Counted from the stretch's first letter, positions 50,400-63,427 are shown. The stretch: 64,000 nucleotides of DNA from Octopus bimaculoides (GCF_001194135.2 NC_068997.1:3548244-3612243), one strand, 5' to 3'. Numbers and translations: made by a program. The notes: generated from the sequence alone by a model not told the origin.

Positions 50400-52008
50400 C
50401 CTTATGATATTTGGATCTTAGATCCAATGCATAAGGGCGAGTATAATGCAGTATGTTTGGTTTTAATTTGAAGTGGCTAAAGGGGGAAGAACCCTCCATG
50501 GAAATTCATAAATTTTCTATGTAGATGAAATTTCAACCATAGGTAATTGACACACATCAAGAAGTATTCCCAAAATTTCCGCTTCTCATGAGGATTCTAA
50601 TATCCCCTAATGGGGAGCCTTAACTCCCAAATTTTTGTCCTTTTTTAATGATCCTAAACTAGATCAAAAGTACTGAATTGATCATTATGAAATTTGGAAA
50701 TTATATTCTATGCATAAGGATAGATGTAATGCAGTATATCTTTGAAAGTGAGGGGCATAAATGAGGCCATAAATCCCATGAAAATTCATTTATTCTTGCT
50801 GTTGATGAAATTTTAACCATAGATATTAGACATAAATGAAGTAATATTTCTAAAATTTAAACCTTTTATAAGTTAGTAAGACCCCTTAAAGGGGGCTTAC
50901 CCCAACAATTTAGTCATTTTTCCTAAGCCAAGACGAATACAATCGTACTCTTGGAAGATGTAGAGACACCCGAGCATACAAGATGAGTGTCATTTGTAAT
51001 TCGATGGTACAACACTATAACAGTTTGCTTTCAGATATACTTAGATTGTGACTTCTGCAATGTGGTGCATAAATTGTCAAGTAAAGCAGAGGCATCTTTG
51101 CCTCCACTGATTCAGTTGAAAAGTGTTATTTTGAGTAAAGTTATTTGGTTGCAGACTTCCTTTGAGTCTTTTTATTATCACTGGGTCAGAGATAGTCCCC
51201 AGATAGTAACATTGATTTCAAGGCCTTCCCAGATAAGTGACTGGTTTTTCAAAGAGATTTGTAGATAGCAAATTTATTTTCTACAGTTACCTATCGGCAT
51301 AGTGATCATTGGCAAACTCCAGAGGTGACACTTTCATTTCCCCTTAGCCCTCAATTCACACAGGTGTTAATGTTTACTTCAGATGGGTCACGCCCTTCCA
51401 ATTGCTTTAGATCCGTAATGCATCTTACGGTTGTGCTCGTCACCTGTATGATGAGGAATCCTACACTGGGGAGTAGTAACGACGAGGGTAGGGTAGCTAA
51501 CTGCTTACTGTGATCATTCGTCTCTTTTTTTCCTGTAGATTTGTTCTCTTTTAAAAGTCCAGTGAAATTCATACATTTCCGATTTCAAAGAAATTTGAAC
51601 AATAGGCCAAGAACAAAAAAACTCAAGTTAAAAAAGATTCTCAACAATTCAACTTTTCTGGTTGACTTTAAGAACCCCACGACCACCACCACCACAATAG
51701 TGGCCTTAACTCCCACATTTTAGAGCTCCATGTGCTCTATTTTTCATGAGCAAAAACCTTTGAATAGGTTTCATAAGATTTGGATTTTGGAATCTGGCCA
51801 TAATGATGAGTAGTATGGGATGAATATGTCATGATTATAATTTTTGTTAGGGTGTGTAAAGAGGGAAAGGACCCTCATTAAAATTCTTCATCTGCAATTT
51901 TGATGAAATTCGATTCATAGCTATTCAAGTTCATTAGTGAAAATATAAAAGAAAAGTCTAATTCTACATTTCCATGTGACACGAGCAAAAGCCCGGTATC
52001 TCTGCTAG
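50400..52008 (+). mobile_element. Probable non-autonomous Helitron-like element with internal ~285-bp tandem repeat
   Basis: 3' end ACACGAGCAAAAGCCCGGTATCTCTGCTAG|T (degenerate GC hairpin then CTAG followed by T); two diverged tandem units starting ATGCATAAGG at ~50427 and ~50711. 5' boundary uncertain. Confidence 0.45.
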
Positions 52009-52324
52009 TATATAAATAAAGAGAAAGAAAGGAAAAACATTTTTTAAAAAGACTAAAATAATTAAATATGTCGAGAGCATATTTTCGGAAGTCGGTCGAT
52101 GGAAGATTTATAGACAAAACCTATTTCATAGCCACTTGTCTGGACAACATCTCAGACTATAATTCACACTACAGTGATACTAGTGAGTTTTAACAAATAT
52201 AAAACACCATACGTTTCTATATATATACATACATATCTTTGTATTTTTTAGTGTAATATGTATCTTTAGGTTATGAAAGTCAAATTATTTAAATAACATT
52301 TTTCTCTTTTTTTTATTTTCTCAG

Positions 52325-52444
52325 ACATTGACGAATGTAAAGATGGCTCATTGAACTCGTGTTCTCAGACCTGTACAGATACTGAAGGCAGTTTCGAGTG
52401 TGGTTGTCACAATGGATTTACTAAAATTAATGACACTTGTATAG
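52325..52444 (+). CDS. Exon 23: calcium-binding EGF
   Basis: tctcag| (N)IDECKDGSLNSCSQTCTDTEGSFECGCHNGFTKINDTCI G|GTATGT. Confidence 0.93.
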
Positions 52445-52768
52445 GTATGTATTCCTTTTGAATATATTCCATTATCAGAGCAGGATTCAGGCTTGGTGAG
52501 ACCCTCTTCAATGGCATTGCACAGAATTAACAATTTAACTGAAATAATATAGGGTAAATTCTCTACTGATCAACAAATGAGTTTCGTAATATTTTCTATT
52601 ATATAGCATACATATAATATGAGGCTTCCTTTTCGATACCAAGAAAACTGTAAACGTATATGAAGTATATGACTGATATACTAAAAAAATAACTGAATGT
52701 TACATATCTACCCAATGGGAATGAATATTATAGAGATGTAGAATATTATAGACATATACATAAAGACT

Positions 52769-53143
52769 GTGGAGGCGCAATGGCCTAGTGGTTAGGGCAG
52801 CGGACCCGCGGTCATAGGATCGCGGTTTCGATTCCCAGACCGGGCGTTGTGAGTGTTTATTGAGTGAAAACACCTGAGGCTCTGGCAGGGATGGTGGCGA
52901 AACCTGCTGTACTCTTTCACCACAACTTTCTTTCACTCTTTCTTCCTGTTTCTGTTGTGCCTGTAATGCAAAAGGGTCAGCCTTGTCACACTGTGTCACG
53001 CTGAATATCCCCGAGAACTACGTTAAGGGTACACGTGTCTGTGGAATACTCAGTCACTTGCACGTTAATTTCACAAGCAGGCTGTTCCCTTGATCGGATC
53101 AACTGGAACCCTCAACGTCATAAGCAACGGAGTGCCAACATAG
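52769..53143 (+). mobile_element. SINE family A copy
   Basis: Full length; perfect 9-bp target-site duplication ATAAAGACT at 52760-52768 and 53144-53152. Confidence 0.9.
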
Positions 53144-55431
53144 ATAAAGACTAAGAATGACAAATACATGAACACCGAGTTCTACATACTTATCGAAGAT
53201 GTACACATACGCATGTATGTATGTGTGTGTGTGTGTGTGTGTGTGTCCGTGTGTGTAGTACATGTACTTGGCAGTGAATTGATAAAGATACCGATGGAAT
53301 GTACGTGTAAGTTTGAGGGTGCTTACAAGGAACTTGTACGGGTATAAGAATGAACATACCAATTATGATAGCGCCAAATGCAAGTGGATATGCATGGTAT
53401 GAACTGAAGATGCAGGATGTGCATGCTCTCATGTAAGTGAACTTGTAGAAAGTACTATGTACACAGTTACACATACGCATATGATTTTACGTTCCTACAT
53501 AAAATGCGTTCTCGAGAAGTGATTAAGTTAATTAACTACGAGAATTGATCGTTGCAAGTGAAAACTGTAACTGAGTTGATAAGAACTTAAGTTGTGCTGT
53601 TGTCATTAGCAAGTACAGGAAATTTCACCATAACCTACATAATATCACTTACAATCTAAGTAATTTACCCTGTTTCTTATGTAATTTCACCTACATTCGA
53701 TTAAATTGCAAGTAGGGGAGCGAATCCCTACCATCTTCTTATGACGGGACCAGTACACCAGTCCTGGTTTCGGGCTATTTCTGCCATTCCTCAGTACTAG
53801 ACACGTCGTCTACTAGAGATGATAGCAGCTCGCTTCTGCACGCAATATATTTATTTCATGCGAGCACGCAGTCGCTGATTTGGCAACAAGCAAAAATGCA
53901 ATTTTATCGGATGCAGCTGTGCATCGTTAATCAGCTAGAAGAAATGACCTCTTGGAGTTAAAAAAATTTCCCGTAGTGTCCGTTCGAACGGACAGCTATG
54001 TTAAAGTGGCTGCGAATATTACTTGTCAGTACATCTACTGCGTTGAACTCTTAGAGAGATTTTAAAACTAGCGCAAAATCAGCGACTGTGAGGAGTTTAC
54101 TTGAAATGTTATATATATTGCTTGCAGAAGCGAACTGCTATCATTTCCGGCAGACGAGGTGTCCAGTACTGAGGAGTGGCAGAAATAGCCCGAAACCAGG
54201 ACTGGTCTACTAGCCCCGTCGCAAGGAGGTAGTAGAAGTTCGCTTCCCGGCTCGCAATTTTATCGGATGCATCGTTAACCAGCTAGAAGAGATGTCCTCT
54301 TGGTATTATGAAATTGCAGTAGAGTCCACCCGAACAGACAGCCATGTTAAAGTGGTTACGAATATTGCTTAATATAATTTCACCCATCGCCTATATAATT
54401 TGACGCTCATCTGTATTCTATAACACACACTGCAATAATTTTGCGGAGCACTGAAGTACGCCGTTCTGCCGAACTAGACAGATTTAAATGTTTAAGAGTA
54501 ATGTAACCCAGTCTGTGATAACAGCAAATAATAAGAACCCATGAATGAATAAGCTTCTTTAATGCAATGAAGGAACCGCAAGGCGGTCAATGTGCTAGAA
54601 ACAGCAACCGGTCTCCCTTGAATCACGCCCTACAGACTCATAAATCACAAAAGGAACACGTTAGAGACTCATGTCGGAGACATAATATCTGAGCAAAAGT
54701 GTTGGGATGGTTACTATTTAACCATAGTTCTACTCGATCAAAACTAGCCTGGGGCTATACAACACCAACGACAACGATAAACATCAATAATTCTATGTTC
54801 TGAATAAGAGAAATACCAGAAATATAATCAGATGAGTCACATTCGCATTGTTGAATTGAACCTGCGGCTCTGCTTTTAAAATAGAAATATCATTTGATAA
54901 CATTTTTGTTAACTTGGCATTTGCTGCTCTTTTCGCATTATTTCTTTTTTTTTTTTTTCTATTTTCTGAAAGAATTAAAGTATCAATTTACCAGCATCGA
55001 TTTCTCCATTCTTATTCCCTGCCCTCGCCTACCTTTCCTAAACAAAGGTTACCAACAATATCTACAGTCAGCACAGCTACTCAAAAGCATTCGATTTTCT
55101 TATTCCCAAAGAACCAATTTTAGCCGGAATCAAAACGACATGAAGGAAGAAGACCAATATTGTCAGCAAGCATCAACTCATAGAATCAACAAATAAAATT
55201 CCTCCCCTTGAGACAACAATAGAAAAATAAAGGAATAATCCGAAGACTTTGAATCATTCTTACTTAGTCTTATATGTTTGCTTCAATATCTAATCTATCT
55301 ATATCTATCTGCTGTTATCTATGTTTCTTTCTCTCACTCTCAATGTATGTGTGTATATGTGTGTGCATATGTATGTGTATACATATATATGTATGTATGT
55401 ATGTATGTATATATGCATGCATTGTATATAT

Positions 55432-55462
<31 letters not shown>

Positions 55463-55816
55463 AATACATATATATATATATANNNNNNNNNNNNNNNNNN
55501 NNNNNNNNNNNNNNNNNNNNNNNNNNNNNNNNNNNNNNNNNNNNNNNNNNNNNNNNNNNNNNNNNNNNNNNNNNNNNNNNNNNNNNNNNNNNNNNNNNNN
55601 NNNNNNNNNNNNNNNNNNNNNNNNNNNNNNNNNNNNNNNNNNNNNNNNNNNNNNNNNNNNNNNNNNNNNNNNNNNNNNNNNNNNNNNNNNNNNNNNNATA
55701 TATATATATATATATATATATATAAACACAACCATATAATAGTATGTATCTGTTTGCATGTCTGTGCATATAAATATGTGAGTGTGTGTGTGTGTGTGTG
55801 CATATGTGTGTGTCAT

Positions 55817-55874
<58 letters not shown>

Positions 55875-57506
55875 TTGTAGTTTTAAGCTCATCAAATAGC
55901 ATTTTAACATTTTACATTGTTGTTACTACACACCACTAACTTGGCATTATCTGTGGTTGATTGTTGTAGAATTTTCTTGGACAAGTGGTATTGAATCTTT
56001 GGTCAATCCAACTGTATTGAATCGTTTTTTTACTGGAGGCTTTCAGTAGAGCGGAGCAAACAGATCTTTTGCAAAAGAATCTTTTCAAAGTATTTTAAAA
56101 GCTACATTGTGTGTTGTTGATCTCGAGGAAACCTCACATTTTATACTCAAATATTTATTTTCAAAAGCATCCACCTGATACTTCTTTCATGTTTTATTTT
56201 ACGGATAACAGAACTTTGGAATAATGGTTTCTCTCTGTTGCACCAACCTGACCTTTGTCTAGTTGACCTTTCATGCGGTACAAACCAAATGATTGATTGA
56301 TTAATTGATGTATGAGATAAATCACAATAACTAACACTGTCATGTCAATTCTCTACATCGTCGCTCGACCTGCGAGAAATACCCGTCTAATCTCCTTAAA
56401 ACCACTTCATAAAAGTGCAGCAATACATTTTGTAAATGTATTCGAAGGTACACTAGGGCTGAAGATGAAACAAGTTGCTCATAGCTAAAAATCGTTTCAT
56501 CATAAATCTGTTTAAAGCAGAATGATATTTGAAACGGGAAGGGGTGGATGAGGACTAAGAGAACGATTTCGGGAATAAATTAAAACAAATCAGAATCTTT
56601 TGCATTCTATTCTATACTTTCGTATACTATTCTATACCCTAACTCCAACCGTAACCCTAACCCTAGTTCCCTTGTACAATAAGGGAACATGGTTTAAGTG
56701 AAAATGGAAGCCTGATCTCGTGCCCCATTCTTCTGTAACTCCGCACCAAAGTACAGCAGGTCTAAGAGCAAATTTGTATTGAAATCGTTCGATGGAAGAT
56801 TTATGTGGACTCTGTCGTGACCAACTCCGAAGAAAGAGGAAATAACCAGTTCATCGTTATTATATTCTTAGTAATGGCATGTACACCACCACATCCTCTT
56901 GGCTCATATCCCTTTAGTATTGTATCTTGTGCTACTACTTACCAGCGACGAAGTAGGCCGTCGGTTTGAGTGACTTGTGGTTTTTTTCTCCCACTGATCC
57001 ACTTTGCTTTATATGTTACTGTGGCGGGGAAGAAATACAGTACCACTCCAGGACGATGGAATGGCACTGTATTGTTAGATAAACATATGAGATGCCTTCT
57101 CGTATTTGTTCCGGGTTTTCGCATATCGACAGCAAGTATGTGTCTCAAACATAGGCTGAGTTAAGCGACTTTTCTGCTTGCATAATACATGCATAAATTT
57201 ATTCATCTATTCACACGCATATTATTTTCATAATTTTGTTTCAAAACAGGCAGTTAACATTACCGAACAGTTTGATGCTGAAAAAGAAAAACCTTCTAAA
57301 AGTGGACAGGTAAATTAGCAATCATCAGACATGCTAAGGATTGCTAATTTAACTCTCGACTTTTAGAAAGTTTTTTCTTTGTCAGCATGAAACTCTTCGG
57401 TAACATTAATTGGCTGTTGTGAGATTATAATATCGTTGCTAGTATTTATGCTGCATCTAAATTACTAATATCGTGTTGGTTACCAATTGCAGTATTTGCA
57501 TTGCTT

Positions 57507-57700
57507 CTGTGGAGGAGCGTAGGCTCGAAACATCAAAGACTTTTCAATTCTTCCCGGGCGTTAAAATGATATACCTGCTTGTTGCTCCCTCACTTGTCTT
57601 TTGTTTTCTATTAGTATTTGTGTCAGTTGCCAATGCGTCAGTCTCTAAATCGATTACCACTGTGTATTGTCCGTGTGTGCGTGAGTGCGTGCCTGCTTCC

Positions 57701-57772
<72 letters not shown>

Positions 57773-58353
57773 GTACATATGATTTTACGTTTTGTTCACG
57801 CTCAGCTGCCACTATTATTCTCAGAAATGTCTAAGACAACCAATTCTTATATTTTCTTCACATGTAAAAGACATTGATGAGTGTAAACCGGAGGCAAACA
57901 ACTGCAACCAAATTTGCCGAAACAACCAAGGTTCTTATGAATGTTTCTGTGAAAGATTTTATTCCCGGCTTCCCGATGGCAAAACTTGCATCCAAGGTAA
58001 ACCATTCTTTTGATATATAACCATTCTTTCTTTGCTCAAAAAGTGTTGTGTATATTTCATTGAACGAGTAGTTCAATAGATCTAATGAAGTAGCTTGATT
58101 AATTCAGGATACTATTATAACATACTTAATCATATACAGACATGCATAGCCATACACATACACGTGAGAAACCGTTTATACCGGCACATTTTTTTATCAC
58201 TCCGTTTCTTTTTTCGTCCTCCATTTTTCCCCTCTTATCCCTTTATGTGAAAGAGCATAGGCTCGAAACGTGAGAGACTTTTCCATTCCTCCCCAGCGTT
58301 AAACGAATATACCTGCCTGTTATTCCCTTTCTTGTCTTTGTCTTTTGTTTTCT
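57507..58353 (+). repeat. Pair of ~105-bp dispersed repeats (57507-57609 and 58245-58353) flanking exon 24; probable Penelope-like element termini
   Basis: Shared GAGCRTAGGCTCGAAAC.T....GACTTTT...GCGTTAAA...ATACCTGC.TGTT...GTCTTTTGTTTTCT. Family assignment is inference. Confidence 0.6.
57871..57996 (+). CDS. Exon 24: calcium-binding EGF (last exon found; gene continues beyond window)
   Basis: gtaaaag| DIDECKPEANNCNQICRNNQGSYECFCERFYSRLPDGKTCIQ G|GTAAAC; both splice sites are weaker than the others. Confidence 0.9.
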
Positions 58354-58391
58354 GTACATTTGAACCATATATACATGCACACATACTTGTG

Positions 58392-58438
<47 letters not shown>

Positions 58439-58473
58439 GTATATGTATATATATATATATATATATGTGTGTG

Positions 58474-58531
<58 letters not shown>

Positions 58532-58638
58532 CATACATACACACATACACACGCGCGCACGCACACACACATATAAATACAGACAGACAGACAGACACAC
58601 ACACAGATAGATAGTTAGGTACATAGATAGATAGATAA

Positions 58639-58685
<47 letters not shown>

Positions 58686-60540
58686 TAGAAATACTTGCAT
58701 ACATTCAAACATATATGTGCATATGCATTCACAATATAATGTAATTGCTTCTAATTTAGACACAAGGCCAGCAATCTTTTGAGCAGGAGTTGCTGATAAC
58801 ATCAGTCCCTATCATTTGTCTCCTATTTTATTTTATCAACCTTGGAGAGATGAAAGGAAAAGTTCACCTAGTTGGGATTTGAACTACGATAAATATCCGG
58901 AAGAAAAAGTGCAAGGCATCTTTTCAAGCAAATCTGTTAATCCAGTACCCTTGTTTTGAATGATAAAATAATAACACACACACACACACACACACACATT
59001 TTTAAATGTTTCATAGTGGAACAGAGACATCAATACGATATAAGTAGATAACAATAATGAAATTTAAGATGATGTGTATTCACAGCATACTCGACTAATT
59101 CGGAAAACGAGACGTTGAGACACCACGTTGTTTCGATCTCGTTGCGTATTTTTTTTTTTTTTTTTCAAGCAAAGCTACTACCAAATCAATGAGTCCAAAC
59201 AAGATCGGTGGCTCACGTTTATAGAATTCAGCAACTTAATTATTTGCTGATGCGTGCTGATGTCTGCGAAACTGATAATTAATTATGCGCATTACCGTAT
59301 TGAAATAATTAAGTGGAAAAGACAAGGAAAGATACAAGAGATACTCTACACGTCACTTGATCAGCTACTTATAACAGTTAAATCTCCATTAAATCACATC
59401 CTATTTTTGTTTTTAATAAGGTAGTATGTTTGGGAGGAAAAAAGATAGGATAATCTCACGGCTGTGATCCATTTGATCACAGGTCTGCCGGATCGGCACT
59501 GACCCGCGATTAGATAACAGTAATATGTTTAACAGGCATTTGTGAAAAATAATTTGAGAAAACGAGCCAGATAACTTATATAAACACATGTGCGTGTATG
59601 TATGTAACCATGTGTATGTGTGTATGCATATGCACATATATCTGCATATATGCATACGCATTCATTCTTACATACATACATACATACATACATAATGACT
59701 TAACCTCAAGACTATAACTTTTGGCATCAATTACATCTGTACAAATGTATGCATATGTATATGTAAGTATATGTATATTTGCATATACCTATACACACAT
59801 ACACATACTTATACATATCACGTCCATTTCATTTCATAATGATTTCTTAATTAAAGTCAAAAGACTGAACTGAATAAAAATAATGAGTTAATATATACAT
59901 TAAGTTATATTTACGTAAATGAATAAACCATATAACGTAATTAAAATGACAGAATAGACTAATTAATTGCGAATTAATCTAAATAGATTAACCCAACTAC
60001 CAAAGCACACACGCATACTCGCACAAACATAAACACGCAAACACAAATATTGTCTCTCACTCGGACACACGCCAACTAACTGCACATGCACTACACAGCA
60101 CACGCGGCCGCACACACACGTTTACTACATGAATGAAGTAACCTTGATTATAACTGCAAGACAGTGGGCAGGAAATTATCGGCTAATTGTATGATTGTTT
60201 AGTTGAGGGTATCAAATGGACGCGATGTATTTGGTCGAGTGCAACGGAGAAGATCCAATGTGCGAAAAGAGTAGATTTCGATTCCCGCTAGAAACAACGC
60301 TCATTTTACATGCATTCTTTAAATGTGTTTGTTAATCATTTTGTCCAATGATTTTCAACCAGGGTTCACACGACCCTTGGGGGATTATATAAAATGTTGT
60401 TGTTAAAGTTATGTGCAATTCATTGGTTATACTTCTACAATGCACAAAATATTTTAACAATTGTTTTTTATACAATTCCTAATAATACCTTCTTTATAAT
60501 ATAAACAATTGTGTTTCCAACAAAGAACTGCGTGCGCATA

Positions 60541-60760
60541 CGCATCAGCCTACAGTCTCCAACTTATAGCCATCCTTAGCATTTGCTGATACGGACATAT
60601 CCTCCGTTTACCGCTACATCATCCGACCGGGGTTTTACTCCAATTCGGCGTAACACCTGCGGACTGGAAGAGGCCTCTTGACAGGCCCTTGGAGGATGCA
60701 GAAGTGTGTGCACGGGGCCGCCAGTGATGGAGAGCACTGGTGGACCTGGTCGGTTCAACA
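60541..60760 (+). mobile_element. Degenerate RTE-clade LINE 3' coding fragment
   Basis: Reads QPTVS...C*YGHILRLPLHHPTGVLLQFGVTPADWKRPLDRP..DAEVCARGRQ*WRALV, matching the RW(Y/F)GHxxR...WxRPxGRP...DRxxWR tail of RTE ORFs. Confidence 0.7.
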
Positions 60761-61419
60761 TATGATAACACCTCTGATGCCACTAACCTGATATAACCCC
60801 AACCTCATCAAACAGAATCCAACAATCTTTTCATAAGAGATGAGGTTCTCCTCAGATCAGAGAGTTTGCAACAATGCTTGCAACAATACGGTTTCTGCCA
60901 ATGCCCTTCAACCTTAAGGTGTTGATGCTACACCGGGTGTTGGTTTCAATCCTTAACACGTAGTTTGATGTCCTGAAATTACCAGCTGAGCACTGGACGT
61001 ATATTTTACCCAAGTGTTACTTTGATGGTACGTGCTGCTCTCACTAAATAATTATAATGTGCGTGTGTGTGTGTGTGTGAGTGTATGTGTGTGTGTGTGC
61101 GTGTGAGCGTGTGTGCGTGTGTGCGTGTGTGCGTGCGCGCGCGTATTGAATATGTAATAAATATTCACATAAGAGCAGCGAGCTTGCAGAGTCGTTAGCA
61201 TGCCGGGAAAAATACTTAGCGACATTTTGTCCGTCTTTACCTTCTGAATTCAAATTCCGCCTATCAATTGAACAGCTGAGATCGATATATATATTTGCAT
61301 TATTTTATGAGACAAACTGAGAATCTTTGACGGTATACTGTCGTCAATGCACGTTGGCGCGTATAATACATACATATACTCACACATACATACGTACATA
61401 CATACATGCATGTATATAT

Positions 61420-61467
<48 letters not shown>

Positions 61468-61862
61468 GCATATATGCTCTACTGTAGAATCATTTAGATT
61501 TCATGTGATAAATTAACTTGGTAATTCTTATGTTTCTCACTTGCATTGGCATGTTTAGGAATATATACAAACTCTAAACGCGTATGACTGATTGAGTAAG
61601 CGGAAAACTAAACGGAAATTAACCCTCCACTTGATATCTCACTAAGAATACTATCAGTTTCGACACCTCAGACATGTTTGAATATTCTTTGAATATGTAA
61701 TAAATTTGCACATAAGGGCGGCGAGCTTGCAGACTCATTAGCATGCCGGAAAAAATACTTAGTGACATTTTGTCCGTCTTTACATTCTGAGTTCAAATTC
61801 CGCCTATCAATTGAACACTTGTGATCGATTTAATCCTTCAGCCTCATGCCCAAATTTCAAAC

Positions 61863-61899
<37 letters not shown>

Positions 61900-61992
61900 T
61901 TCATATGCTTATTGTACATATACATACGTCTGCGCATATGCGAACCTACATAATCTTTTCTTTTCTTTTCTACTCTAGCTACAATAATGTTC

Positions 61993-62207
61993 TTTTCCAC
62001 TCTAGGCACAAGGCCCGAAATTTTGGGGGAGGGGGCCAGTCGATTAGATCGACCCTAGTACTCAACTAGTACTTAATTTATCGAGCCTGAAAGGATGAAA
62101 GACAAAGTCGACCTCGGCGGAATTTGAACTCAGAACGTAAAGATAAACGAAATACCGCTAAGCGTTTCGGCCCGGCGTGCTAACGTTTCTGCCAGCTCGC
62201 CGCCTTA
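61993..62207 (-). mobile_element. Well-preserved SINE family B copy
   Basis: Complete body from tail to head CTCGCCGCCTT; other copies or fragments at 6760-6900, 10336-10463, 16600-16720, 31520-31700, 39571-39615, 41080-41298, 58770-58900. Confidence 0.8.
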
Positions 62208-62559
62208 AAGGGAACATATATAATAAAGTATCAATGGTCATGTACACTGAAATTACTTGGCATTACAGTCCTGATTCCTATTATTCTGTCACCATCCACT
62301 TCCGATTTGAATTGGGAGATTGGGTTATAGTGAGTTTTTCATTAACTGATTACATAGCCATGGACGCCACCCTTATGAATGCGCTGCAGTTCCTCTTTTC
62401 ATAAAGCTTGGTGATCCCGACCGCTTAATCTTTTAAGATTTTCTCGCTCAACATCATTCTAAGAAGCGCTGTCGGCTCAATTGCTCTCCTCCGCTATTTC
62501 GTCACAATCCGACATGATGCAATCCCGCACTTCGTTGTATCCTTGGTCGTGTGGCTGAA

Positions 62560-62885
62560 CGGGTGCTATACCTTGCCAAAGGGCAACCCGTAGCTATGCA
62601 GGGTACGGTAATCACTCCGTGAGGTATTTTCAAACAACCCGCATACCCATTACGCGGTTACACGGTTTTAATAACATATAGGTATCCAAGATTACAACGC
62701 TCCTCCTAAACAGAACGCCGACCCGTCGCAGGGTTAGTCATTTACAGCTGAGGGGACTGAGGCGGCTTAAAATGCAGTTTTTGTTTAATTGAAGAACACG
62801 ATGCAACACACTGCCCAGTTCGGGAATTGAAACCACGATCGCAGGATCATGAGTACAACATTTTGACCACTAGGCCTCACACCTT
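62560..62885 (-). mobile_element. Diverged tRNA-headed SINE (family D)
   Basis: Same core as 5686-5980; reversed head GGGAATTGAAACCACGATC...GACCACTAGGCC. Confidence 0.55.
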
Positions 62886-63199
62886 TATGCCAATTATTGA
62901 TATGCAATACTATTATTAGAATAAGTGAACCTCGAAGGCAATGGTGTAATCTGTATTCTAATCGTGGCTCTACCACGATTTATATGTATTAGATAGATCT
63001 CATTAATATAAGTATGATTAAATTATCTGACAAAAATATGGGATAAATCTTGAAAATACAAATATTTTATAAAAATGCAAATCAAATTACTGTTTGATCG
63101 CAGTAAATGAGAATATTCTGTCCAAGTTGGCACACCTAAATTAACCTTTCTCCATCTCAGTGTTTCCAGTTTCATCCAGTTTTTTTCTTTCCCAATCTC

Positions 63200-63349
63200 T
63201 TATCCCCCCTCTCTCTCTCTCTCTCTCTCGTCTTTCTCTCTCTCGTCTTTCTCTCTCTCGTCTTTCTCTCTCTCGTCTTTCTCTCCTTCGTCTTTCTCTC
63301 TCTCTCTCGTTTTTCTCTCTCTCTCGTCTTTCTCTCTCTCTCTCGTCTT

Positions 63350-63427
<78 letters not shown>
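63200..63427. repeat. (CT)n tract with 15-nt CTCTCTCTCGTCTTT higher-order unit
   Basis: CGTCTTT punctuation recurs at ~15-nt spacing before a pure (CT)n run. Confidence 0.9.
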
